Assembly (NCBI GenBank): GCA_938091905.1
Contig: CALKOM010000034.1
Span: forward strand, 1-12,994
DNA from: an uncultured Verrucomicrobiales bacterium
Lineage (GTDB): Bacteria > Verrucomicrobiota > Verrucomicrobiia > Verrucomicrobiales > DEV007
Direction of reading: 5' to 3'
Length of the DNA stretch: 12,994 nt
Under the pieces are notes generated by a model. It did no database searches and was not told where the DNA came from. It was given only the letters and a program-made list of their open reading frames with translations. Made by a program: the position numbers and the translations under genes. Below are positions 1-8,200 of this stretch, piece after piece (positions within the stretch are counted from its first letter, which is position 1; the number at the start of each line of letters is the position of its first letter).

Positions 1-412
1 CGACCTCGTAGACTTCTCCGTAGTTGTCGGTCTGATCGTTGCGGGCGACTTGGCCATTTGATTCGGCCACGTCCTCAAACATTTTCTGATCGATGCTGTA
101 CCAGTGACCAGGCTTAAGATCGCCATTGAGGCTTGGAGGAACGTCTGAGGGCCAGTAGACGCCATCGAATCGGCCTGTCTTGTAGGCGATCTGGTCTTTG
201 CCCACTGCCGGCTGACCTGCCATGATCTGGGAAACTCTGAGAGGAAGCACCTGGCCAACGGTGAAAGCCTGTAGCTCATGCGCAGACCCAGGGTAAATCG
301 CTGGGTCAGTCGAGGTAGAACACGCGGAAATCAGGCATGGGATGATCGTCCAGGCCAACTGTTGCAAAGAAAGGCGCTCATTCTTCATGTAGGTATTTCC
401 AAGTAGTGCCAT
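1..412 (-). CDS. Putative lipoprotein, hypothetical (partial; 3' end runs off the left edge)
   Basis: Not in the ORF track; translated by hand as an open frame from ATG 412 (alternative ATG 388) to position 1: MALLGNTYMKNERLSLQQLAWTIIPCLISACSTSTDPAIYPGSAHELQAF...GEVYEV. Lipobox-like I-S-A-C (Cys codon 322-320) follows a hydrophobic stretch and precedes an S/T linker. Purine-rich GGGAGAAG lies upstream of ATG 412. Confidence 0.7.
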   Translation of the reverse strand, partial: MALLGNTYMKNERLSLQQLAWTIIPCLISACSTSTDPAIYPGSAHELQAFTVGQVLPLRVSQIMAGQPAVGKDQIAYKTGRFDGVYWPSDVPPSLNGDLKPGHWYSIDQKMFEDVAESNGQVARNDQTDNYGEVYEV

Positions 413-596
413 GCGCTTCTCCCTCATCTTGATGTCACAAGATAAGCGACGATAGCTGAAAAGCATTGAGGTTTGCAAAACGCCTACGCTGATCCTCCTG
501 TCACTGCTTTCTCAAATGGCGAATCGCACCGGGAACGTTCCCTTCGGCTGAAATGACCTAGGCGGTGGTAGTGGGACCGATCGACAACGACAGAGA

Positions 597-628
597 GCTC
601 GGACCAATGACTCCGAGCGTTCTTTTTT
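597..628 (+). terminator. Intrinsic terminator-like hairpin with U-tract on + strand (possibly bidirectional)
   Basis: GCTCGGA (597-603) / TCCGAGC (612-618) form a perfect 7-bp stem with an 8-nt loop, followed by GTTCTTTTTT. It lies about 10 nt past the stop of the minus-strand ORF at 629. Confidence 0.6.
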
Positions 629-996
629 CTATCGGCGATTTCCGAAAAGGTCAGAATCAAAAGCTATGAAGAAATAGTCTCCCCAAGCGCTTCCTCCGGT
701 CTCGATTGGGTTGAGCGAAAAGCGTAGGTGCTGCCTAACTGTAAACACATCGCTACTAGATTTCATGAAGCTTCCCAGCGCAAATCCGGGTGAAGCAGAA
801 ATGTTAGGATTCACAAGAAAGATGCCAGACGGAAGCGAGGCTGGCATTTGAGCGGGCAAACTTCCGTTAACGTCGAAGGAAAGTTCGGATTTGATCAGTT
901 GGAAGCCTGAGATGGTAACGGCTGCTTTCGAGCTACCCATGTGGGCGGCGATCATGAGGAGAATGGCTACAGCGCTTATATGATGTCGTGCTTCAA
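629..996 (-). pseudogene. Probable decayed secreted protein gene (N-terminus of PEP-CTERM-like style); frameshifted signal peptide, possibly 3'-truncated
   Basis: ORF 629-955 extends upstream in frame as ISAVAILLMIAAHMGSSKA/AVTISGF, which reads as a signal peptide with cleavage site but has no in-frame start. TTG AAG at 996 is 41 nt upstream of ATG 955, one base short of frame. No PEP-CTERM tail is visible. Confidence 0.4.
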
Positions 997-1113
997 ACTA
1001 TCGGGTATCGCGAATCGTTAGGCTCAAGTCAATCTGGTTGCTCGCACCGAGGAGAGCTTGAGAGCTTATTGCTCGTATCCGTTCTTCTTATCGCGGGTCA
1101 AACTAAATACCTA

Positions 1114-1142
1114 ACCACCCGCCCGATGAGTGTAGCGGTGGT
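1114..1142 (-). terminator. Weak hairpin downstream of the HAD gene
   Basis: ACCACCCGC (1114-1122) / GCGGTGGT (1135-1142) with one bulge and a 12-nt loop. A T-rich tail follows on the minus strand, about 30 nt after the HAD stop. Confidence 0.3.
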
Positions 1143-1173
1143 CATTGAACACGCCCAAGGACTAGGAATCTTC

Positions 1174-1779
1174 TTAACCGCCCTCGATGAGTACTGAGTG
1201 CATGCCGGCTGCTTCGGCTGCTTGAATGCCTAGTTGGCCGTCTTCAATGACGAGGCATTTACTAGGTTCGACGCCCATCCGTTTGGCGGCTTCAAGAAAG
1301 AGATCTGGGGCTGGTTTGCTATTCTCGACCTGATCTTGGGTGACCACGACCTCAAATAGTTCGCGGAGACCGATGGCTTCTAGGGTCTTAGTGACTGTTT
1401 CCCAGACGCCACCTGAAGCGACACCGACCGGGTGGGTGGCTGCCACGCGTTTGGCTAAGTCAACGACGGGTGGATTTGGCGAAACGCGGTGGAGATTGTC
1501 TCGATAGAAAGCCTCCTGATCGGCGACCACTTGCTCGGGATCGAGCGATTCGCTGAAGTGATCGTTTACACGGCGGACGGTTTCTAACATGCACACTCCG
1601 GCGAGAGATTGTGCAAAGTCGCGGTTCAGGGTGAAGGTGGCCCCGTTCTTCTTGTAAGCATGGATCCAGGCTTCGAAATGTAAGGCCATCGACAGCGCGA
1701 GTGTGCCATCATTGTCGAAGATATATCCTTCGAACGGTTGATTTGGGATCTCTAAGCCTTCAGGCGTGGTGATAGTCAC
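1174..1779 (-). CDS. HAD-superfamily phosphatase (beta-PGM/YqaB-like, subfamily IA)
   Basis: 201 aa, GTG start. Motif I FDNDGTL (DxD), motif II VASGG, motif III SKPAPDLF, motif IV IEDGQLGIQAA. Confidence 0.93.
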   Translation of the reverse strand: MTITTPEGLEIPNQPFEGYIFDNDGTLALSMALHFEAWIHAYKKNGATFTLNRDFAQSLAGVCMLETVRRVNDHFSESLDPEQVVADQEAFYRDNLHRVSPNPPVVDLAKRVAATHPVGVASGGVWETVTKTLEAIGLRELFEVVVTQDQVENSKPAPDLFLEAAKRMGVEPSKCLVIEDGQLGIQAAEAAGMHSVLIEGG

Positions 1780-1857
1780 ACGGGATGCATATTGTATGCT
1801 GAGCGGTTGGCAAGAAATGCGTGAACGACTCGAGTAATACGGTGTTTCATCGTTGCC
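1780..1857. promoter_or_regulatory. Compact divergent promoter region
   Basis: 78 bp between divergent starts. On the minus strand, TTGCCA-N16-TATGCA ends 6 nt before GTG 1779. The inverted repeat GCATA-TTG-TATGC (1787-1799) overlaps it. Confidence 0.4.
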
Positions 1858-4179
1858 ATGACGATCCGTTCTGTCTTTTCCACCTGCTTCATCCTCTCAA
1901 CTGCAGTTCTCGCTGCGGAGGAGGCGACTCCTGGCCACTCGTATCACGGCGAGAGTTTCAACGAGGGGCCGCGTCAGCAGGCTTATTTGATGGATACCAC
2001 GGGTGACATCAGCTTCCCCGTCTCGACGAAGAATGAGAAGGCGCAAGCCTTCTTCAATCAGGGCGTTGGTCAGCTTCATGGCTTCTGGTACTTCGAAGCC
2101 GAGCGTAGCTTTCGCCAAGTGCTCCATTTAGATCCGACCTGTCAGATGGCCTACTGGGGGTTGGCGATGTCGAATGTGAACAACGGCAAGCGTGCCAAGG
2201 AATTCATGAAGGAAGTAGAGGAAGCTCTCGAGAGCGAGAAGCTTACAGAACGTGAGCGCCTCTACTTGAAATCGCTGCACCGTTTCTACCATGGCGGCGA
2301 GAAGGATGCTAAGAAGCGTCATCGTGAACTGGTGCGGGACTACGAAGACATTGCGCTGCGTTTTTCAGAAGATATTGAAGCTCGTGCGCTCGCTGCTCAG
2401 CAGATTTGGTACAATGGCCGCAAAGGGTTGCCGGTTTCCAGTCACCTGTCAGTGGATGCGATGATTCAGCAAGTACTCGATGCGAAGCCTATGCATCCTG
2501 TTCATCACTACAAGATTCATTTGTGGGATAATGAGAGAGTGAAGCAAGCGCTTCCTTCAGCGGCACGGTGCGGGCAGTCTGCTCCTGGGATTGCCCACAT
2601 GTGGCACATGCCGGGACACACCTACTCCAAGACTCACCGTTATGAGGATGCTGTCTATCAGCAGTCCGCATCCGGCCGCGTGGACCATGCCCACATGATG
2701 CGCGATCATGTCATGCCTCACAAGATCCACAACTATGCGCACAATAACGGATGGTGTGCGGAGAATCTTGGTTTCTTGGGGCGAATTGATGAGGCGATTA
2801 GTCTTGCTGTAAATCTGATAGAATTGCCGAGGCCTGCGAAGTTTAAAAAGCTGGGCGAGACAGAGTATTACGATGCTGGTGGCACTCCCTTTAGGGAGGG
2901 GCGCAAGCGGCTTTGGGCATTGCTCAACGACTACGCGCTTTGGGACGAGCTTCTTCGCCTGAGTGAAACCTCGGTGCTTGCGGCCACAGATGATCCTCTC
3001 ATGCAGGCGAATAGGTATCGTTATCGTGGGATGGCCTATTTCTACAAGGGTGAGCTGGATCAAGGTCGTGGCGAGATCGCTGCCCTTGAGGAGTTCTTGT
3101 CAGGTTATGAGACTCAGCGAGACGAGGCTGGGGAAGCTGCTAAGACGAAGGCGGAGGAGAAGCAGAAAGATGAGGAAGACGAGAAGAAGCGTGATGAGGC
3201 CATCAAGAAGGCGGAGAAAGGGGCGCGCAAGCCCTATGATTCCATCGTCAAAGCCTGCCAATCATACAAAGGGCATCTCGAAGCGCATCTTGCTGTCCTT
3301 ACGGAACGTCCAAAAGTGGCCCGTGAGAAACTCGACAAGGCGAAAGGATTGTTAGCGATCGATAAAGCTCGTCTTCACATGGAGCTGGCGAACTGGGAGA
3401 AAGCTGCAGAGATTCTCAAGCGGGAGGTAGATGGCAAACGTAACCCTGTCGTCATGAAGTCGAACTATATTCGAACGCTCAAGCAGTTAGGCGAGAAGGA
3501 CACCGTGAAGAGAGAGATGGAATCGCTACGCAAGTTGGCTGCCACGGCGGATGTCGAGAGCCCTCCGATGGTCGCCCTCAGTGAGATTGCCAAGGAACTG
3601 GAGTTTCCTGAGGACTGGCGGCTTGCTCAAGATGAGCAGGACGACTTGATTGATCGACCTGACCTCGATGATTTAGGCCCATTCCGCTGGTCGCCTTCGG
3701 CGGCGCCGGAATGGCAGTTTTCTCAGGCAAATGGAGAGGTCATTGACTCAACCAAGTTTTCCAACAAACCGGTGCTGGTGATCTACTATTTGGGCCGCGG
3801 TTGTTCGCACTGTATGGAACAGCTGAATGCGTTTGCTCCCGAGGCTGACAAGTATCGGGAGGCAGGTATAGAGATCGTAGCGGTGAGCACGGATACTGTG
3901 GAGGGTCTGGCCAAGACCTTCCAGCAGGGCGAAGGCGAGAATCCCTTTCCGTTTCCGCTGGTTTCAGACGCTGAGAATGTGGGGTTCAAAGCTTTTCGCG
4001 CCTACGACGAGTTCGAGGACCAGGCTCTTCATGGCACATTCCTTGTAGACGGCACAGGCAAGATCAGGTGGCAAGACGTCAGCTATGAGCCCTTCATGCA
4101 TGCCAGTTGGCTTCTTGAGGAGTCCGAGAGGCTGCTGGCTACGGATGCCGTGATCGAAAGCCTTGTGGCGACCAAGTAA
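1858..4179 (+). CDS. Secreted TPR-repeat protein with C-terminal AhpC/TSA-like redoxin domain
   Basis: 773 aa with an N-terminal signal peptide (...STAVLA/AEE). TPR-like helices (AQAFFNQGVGQLHGFWYFEAERSFRQVLHLDPTCQMAYWGLAM) and His clusters follow. The C-terminal thioredoxin fold shows KPVLVIYYLGRGCSHC (CxxC at 3802-3813), IVAVSTD, FPLVSD and GTFLVDGTGKIRW. Confidence 0.88.
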   Translation: MTIRSVFSTCFILSTAVLAAEEATPGHSYHGESFNEGPRQQAYLMDTTGDISFPVSTKNEKAQAFFNQGVGQLHGFWYFEAERSFRQVLHLDPTCQMAYWGLAMSNVNNGKRAKEFMKEVEEALESEKLTERERLYLKSLHRFYHGGEKDAKKRHRELVRDYEDIALRFSEDIEARALAAQQIWYNGRKGLPVSSHLSVDAMIQQVLDAKPMHPVHHYKIHLWDNERVKQALPSAARCGQSAPGIAHMWHMPGHTYSKTHRYEDAVYQQSASGRVDHAHMMRDHVMPHKIHNYAHNNGWCAENLGFLGRIDEAISLAVNLIELPRPAKFKKLGETEYYDAGGTPFREGRKRLWALLNDYALWDELLRLSETSVLAATDDPLMQANRYRYRGMAYFYKGELDQGRGEIAALEEFLSGYETQRDEAGEAAKTKAEEKQKDEEDEKKRDEAIKKAEKGARKPYDSIVKACQSYKGHLEAHLAVLTERPKVAREKLDKAKGLLAIDKARLHMELANWEKAAEILKREVDGKRNPVVMKSNYIRTLKQLGEKDTVKREMESLRKLAATADVESPPMVALSEIAKELEFPEDWRLAQDEQDDLIDRPDLDDLGPFRWSPSAAPEWQFSQANGEVIDSTKFSNKPVLVIYYLGRGCSHCMEQLNAFAPEADKYREAGIEIVAVSTDTVEGLAKTFQQGEGENPFPFPLVSDAENVGFKAFRAYDEFEDQALHGTFLVDGTGKIRWQDVSYEPFMHASWLLEESERLLATDAVIESLVATK

Positions 4180-4214
4180 TCCCCTCAATCACCTATGGTG
4201 AGGTGATGAAGGGA
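4180..4214 (+). other. Stem-loop immediately after the stop codon (no U-tract)
   Basis: TCCCCTCAATCACCT / AGGTGATGAAGGGA pair with one mismatch and one bulge around loop ATGGTG. Confidence 0.55.
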
Positions 4215-4289
4215 CAACTCGGCGGTTGACGCGACACGAAAGATTTTGTCCTCCCGTAGGGTTACCACGCGAAAAGCGTCGGTTTGTTT

Positions 4290-4348
4290 CGGTTTATTTT
4301 GAGAAATTCTCCTCGAGCTTTGAGGGAGGTTGAATTTCGCAAAAACCG
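4290..4348. promoter_or_regulatory. Long imperfect inverted repeat upstream of the nucleotidyltransferase operon
   Basis: Arms CGGTTT..TTTTG-A-GAAATTC and GAATTTC-G-CAAAAACCG, with an inner TCCTC/GAGGGA pair. It overlaps a possible promoter TTGAAT-N16-TATTAA (4330-4357). Confidence 0.4.
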
Positions 4349-4362
4349 GATTATTAACGATT

Positions 4363-5241
4363 ATGGGAATTAGAAAGGCTGTAATCACTGCGGCTGGTGA
4401 GAGGCAACGTCACTTGCCGCTGCAAACGATGGTCGATGGCCAAGGGCGAAACCGTAAGGTTCTAGGGCTCCTGTCAGACGAAGCCGCTTCTGCGGGTATT
4501 GACGAGATCGGTATCGTCGTGAGGCCGGGAACGGCCGAACTCTACCGAGACGCCATGGATGATGTCAGCGCCGAGATCACCTTTATCGAACAGCTGGAAC
4601 CGCGTGGCTACGGGCACGCCGTGCTTAGTGCTGTTGACTATGTAAAAGACGATCCTTTCCTCCTCATGGTGAGCGATCACGTTTACGTGAGCGACGATCC
4701 AAATGCCGAGACGTGTGCGAGTCAGTTGGTGCGAATCGCTGAGGAAGAGGACTGTGTGGTTTCAACGGTGCAGCCGACGCATGAGGGGCGTCTACGCAAT
4801 TTTGGAACCGTTGGTGGGACTCTCTTTGATGCGAGTAGGGACCTCTACGAGGTGAATGCGGTTTTAGAAAAACCGACCCCGACTGAAGCCGAGCAGAATT
4901 TGATGACGCCTGGCCTTCGTCATGGCTACTACCTCACGTTCTTTGGCATGCATGTCTTGCAGCCTGCTGTGATGGCTCTCTTGGACGAGAGGGCGAACGC
5001 CCTTGGGCCGAATGAGCAACTCGATCTTTCTGCTTCATTACACGAGTTTTCTAGACGTGGGCGCTACCTGGCTCAGGTTATGAAAGGGCGACGCTATGAC
5101 CTCGATTTCCGTCATGGTCTTCTGATAGGGCAACTTGCGGTGAGTTTATCAGGGCAGTATCGCGATGAGGTTCTTTCAACGATTACGGATCTTCTTGCGC
5201 GAAACAGTCAAAGAAACGCTGGAAATGAATCTGATATCTAA
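4363..5241 (+). CDS. GalU-like sugar-phosphate nucleotidyltransferase (NTP_transferase family) with atypical signature
   Basis: ATG 4363 gives MGIRKAVITAAG, a typical GalU N-terminus, so it is preferred over TTG 4330. Also present: EAASAGIDEIGIV, FIEQLEPRGYGHAV, DDPFLLMVSDHVY, VLEKP and RYDL. Confidence 0.88.
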   Translation: MGIRKAVITAAGERQRHLPLQTMVDGQGRNRKVLGLLSDEAASAGIDEIGIVVRPGTAELYRDAMDDVSAEITFIEQLEPRGYGHAVLSAVDYVKDDPFLLMVSDHVYVSDDPNAETCASQLVRIAEEEDCVVSTVQPTHEGRLRNFGTVGGTLFDASRDLYEVNAVLEKPTPTEAEQNLMTPGLRHGYYLTFFGMHVLQPAVMALLDERANALGPNEQLDLSASLHEFSRRGRYLAQVMKGRRYDLDFRHGLLIGQLAVSLSGQYRDEVLSTITDLLARNSQRNAGNESDI

Positions 5242-5244
5242 GAA

Positions 5245-8200
5245 TTGACTGTGTCTTTAAAGCTAAGAGACATCATCACGGCGACGGACCGTGAGACAAG
5301 AGACACCTCTCTGGAAGCTATTTGCGAAGTGCTTAGCTTTGATGAGTTGATTGCCGAGTGCAAGAGTCTGGATCTTTTCCGACGGGAGAGTGAGAACCTT
5401 TACGAGCGCGTTCGTGCCCTCTTCTTCCTTTATGCAATTTACCGATTCTACCTCCCTGCGAAGCTGGAAGAAACGTCAAAAGACGGCGCTGCAGTCTCCT
5501 TTGAGGCGTACGCGCATTTGCTAGAAAGACGATTTTCTGAAGCCTTGGACCATTTCTTAGATGATCAGGCCTCTGCCGGGTACTCGGACGCGATTAGTAG
5601 CGCATTGGCTAAGACATACTACGAACTGGCGTTGCAGAATCTGGCGGACCAGGTGCAATCGAGTGTTCGGGCTGTCCGCGGAAACCAATGGATGTTCCGG
5701 ACTGGGGCGCTTGAAGACTATCCGTTGGAGGTTCGGTCGGAGCTGTTGCAATGTGAGAACAGTGCTTATCCGTTGATTTATGAGAGCACCGCTGTGCGCA
5801 TGGATCTTTCACATAGTGCATGGAGTGATATCTTCTTCCTTGGAATGGATTTTCCGAGTGGGGCTCGCGTGCTCAACATCTCCGTTGATCTCGCTGTGCA
5901 TGGGCGAGACGCTCACCCCAGGCCACCGGTGGAGGCTCGTTTTCGAGTGATCGATGAGCCCATTATCCGTCTTACTAGCGTCGATCTTGGAGTGTCCGCG
6001 GAGATCACTGAACTCGGGGATGTCTTCAACTTTGCGAAGGACTACCTTGGGCTTCTGAAGGCGGCCCTCATTGCCTCCGGCATCGTTCCTATGGGGTTAG
6101 AAGGGTCAGGACAGCGTTTATCTGTCTTGCTAGAGACATTGGTCGGACTTGGGCGAGGCTTCGAGTTGGTCAGTTGTGTCAATGATATTCCTAAAGGCAG
6201 TCGACTGGCGGTTTCTACGAATTTGTTGGGCGGTCTCATAGCGGTTTGTATGCGTGCTACGGGGCAGACACGGTCTTTAGAAGGGCCTCTTGGCGAGGGA
6301 GAGCGACGCATTACGGCGGCGCGAGCGATTCTGGGAGAATGGTTAGGAGGATCCGGCGGGGGCTGGCAAGATTCCGGCGGAGTCTGGCCGGGTATTAAAG
6401 TGATAGAAGGCTGCCCTTCTCGGGAGGGAGATCCCGAATATAGGATCAGTCGTGGGCGTCTGTTGCCACAGCATACCTTGCTAGGCACCGATGTTATTTC
6501 GAGTGAAATGCGAGATCGCCTCCGCGATAGCCTTGTTCTTGTCCATGGTGGAATGGCGCAGAATGTTGGGCCTATTCTCGAGATGGTGACGGAGAAGTAC
6601 CTACTTCGCTCTGCCAAGAGCTGGGAGGCGCGACAGGAGTCGATGCAGTTGTTCGATGCTATCCTTGCAGCCTTACAGTCGGGAAATATTAAATTGTTAG
6701 GAAAGCTGACAACAAAGAATTTCTTTGGGCCGCTGCAGACGATTATTCCTTGGGCTACGACTTTCTTCACTGAGCGCCTCATCGATTTGGTTAAGGTTGA
6801 ATTTGGAAAGGATTTCTGGGGCTTCTGGATGCTCGGCGGGATGTCGGGTGGTGGTATGGGGTTTATCTTTGAGCCTGGTCGAAAGGTTGAAGCTTTGGAG
6901 CGAATGAAAGTGATCATGGTTGAGCTGAAGGGACAGCTCCAGCACTCGTTGCCCTTCGCGATGGATCCGTTGGTGTATGATTTTAGCATCAATGAGGCGG
7001 GTAGTAGTTCTGAACTTCTGACGGGCGAAGCCGCTCTTATGTCTCCAGGATACTATGCGATGACCTTGCCATTGCTCTTGCGAGAAGATCCGCGGACGCT
7101 TTCGCAGGAACGGCGCGCGGAAATGGAACGGTTCGAGATTCGAGCGGACGCTGATACGAGCTATGATGAGGTAAGGGACAAGCTTCTTACCTACCTCTTT
7201 CCACGTTCGTTAAATGGTAATTCGTCGGAGTCCTCGCTGGATCAATTGCTAGATGCGAATGGTTTTGATCCGCCCTTGCATGAGCGGATTCAGGGGGACA
7301 TGCGAAGGGGGCTCATTGGACTTTCAAAGAATCGTTTGGCAGCGAGTTCACAGGTCAAAGATGTGCGCCCTGGCGATGTGACTATCACCACAACTGCGGA
7401 AGACGACGCCATTGGCCGTGAGGCGCTGTCGAATGGAGAAGTTGCAGTCGTCACCCTCGCAGCAGGTGCGGCTAGCCGCTGGACAGAAGGGGCGGGAGTT
7501 GTGAAGGCTTTGCATCCCTTCTGCAAGTTTGAGGGACGACACCGAACGTTCCTTGAGGTTCATTTAGCAAAGACGCGCTTTGCTGGGTCCACTCATGGAA
7601 TGTTGCCGCTTCATGTCATCACGACAAGCTACCTGACGGACGAACCTATCCGTGGCTTTTTAGATGGCGTCGATCACTATGGAATGAGCGATAGTGTGTT
7701 CCTTTCGAGAGGACGATCTATTGGATTGCGCCTAGTGCCCATGCAACGCGATCTCCGCTTTGAGTGGGAGGAGATGCCGCAGCAGCGCCTCGACGAACGT
7801 GCGCAGAAGATGCGTGCGAGTTTGCGCGAAGCCTTATTGGCTTGGGCTTCTGGTGCCGGTGAAGGGAGTGACTATCGCGATAATGTTCCGTTGCAGTGCC
7901 TGCATCCGGTGGGGCATTGGTATGAAGTGCCCAATCTATTGCTCAATGGAACGCTGGCAGACCTACTCTCGCAGCGACCTCAGCTCAGAACGCTGATGTT
8001 GCATAATATTGATACGGTCGGCGCCAATGTGGATGCAGCGATGCTTGGATACCATCGCCGTACGAATGCCGCACTAACGTTTGAATTGATTCGGCGCCGC
8101 TTGGAGGATCGGGGTGGTGGCCTCGCCCGCGTGAACGGTTCCCTAAGGCTAGTTGAGGGCCTTTCTATGCCGCGTGAGGAAGATGAGTTTAAGCTTACCT

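Noticed and set aside
515..615. Fluoride (crcB) riboswitch resemblance (GGGAACGTTCCC...GCTGAAATGAC)
   Set aside because: Lacks the GATG-N-AGT core and a pseudoknot partner, and no downstream + strand gene exists.
1052..1067. Tandem GAGAGCTT x2
   Set aside because: Only two short copies with no context supporting a function.
988..1197. 69-aa + strand ORF
   Set aside because: No motifs, weak start, overlaps the HAD gene end and spans probable terminator and promoter signals.
2557..3355. 168-aa antisense and 130-aa alternate-frame ORFs inside the TPR gene
   Set aside because: The Arg runs are the shifted reading of the Glu/Lys-rich helix; no independent evidence of coding.
4330..4362. TTG start at 4330 for the nucleotidyltransferase
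   Set aside because: Family N-termini begin just before KAVI, and the SD-like run abuts the TTG with no spacer; ATG 4363 is preferred.
4363..5241. Gene symbol galU
   Set aside because: The signature loop is degenerate, so orthology and activity cannot be asserted.
6042..6992. 316-aa antisense ORF
   Set aside because: Lies wholly opposite the motif-rich kinase domain, is S/P/R-rich and has no recognisable motifs; a shadow ORF.
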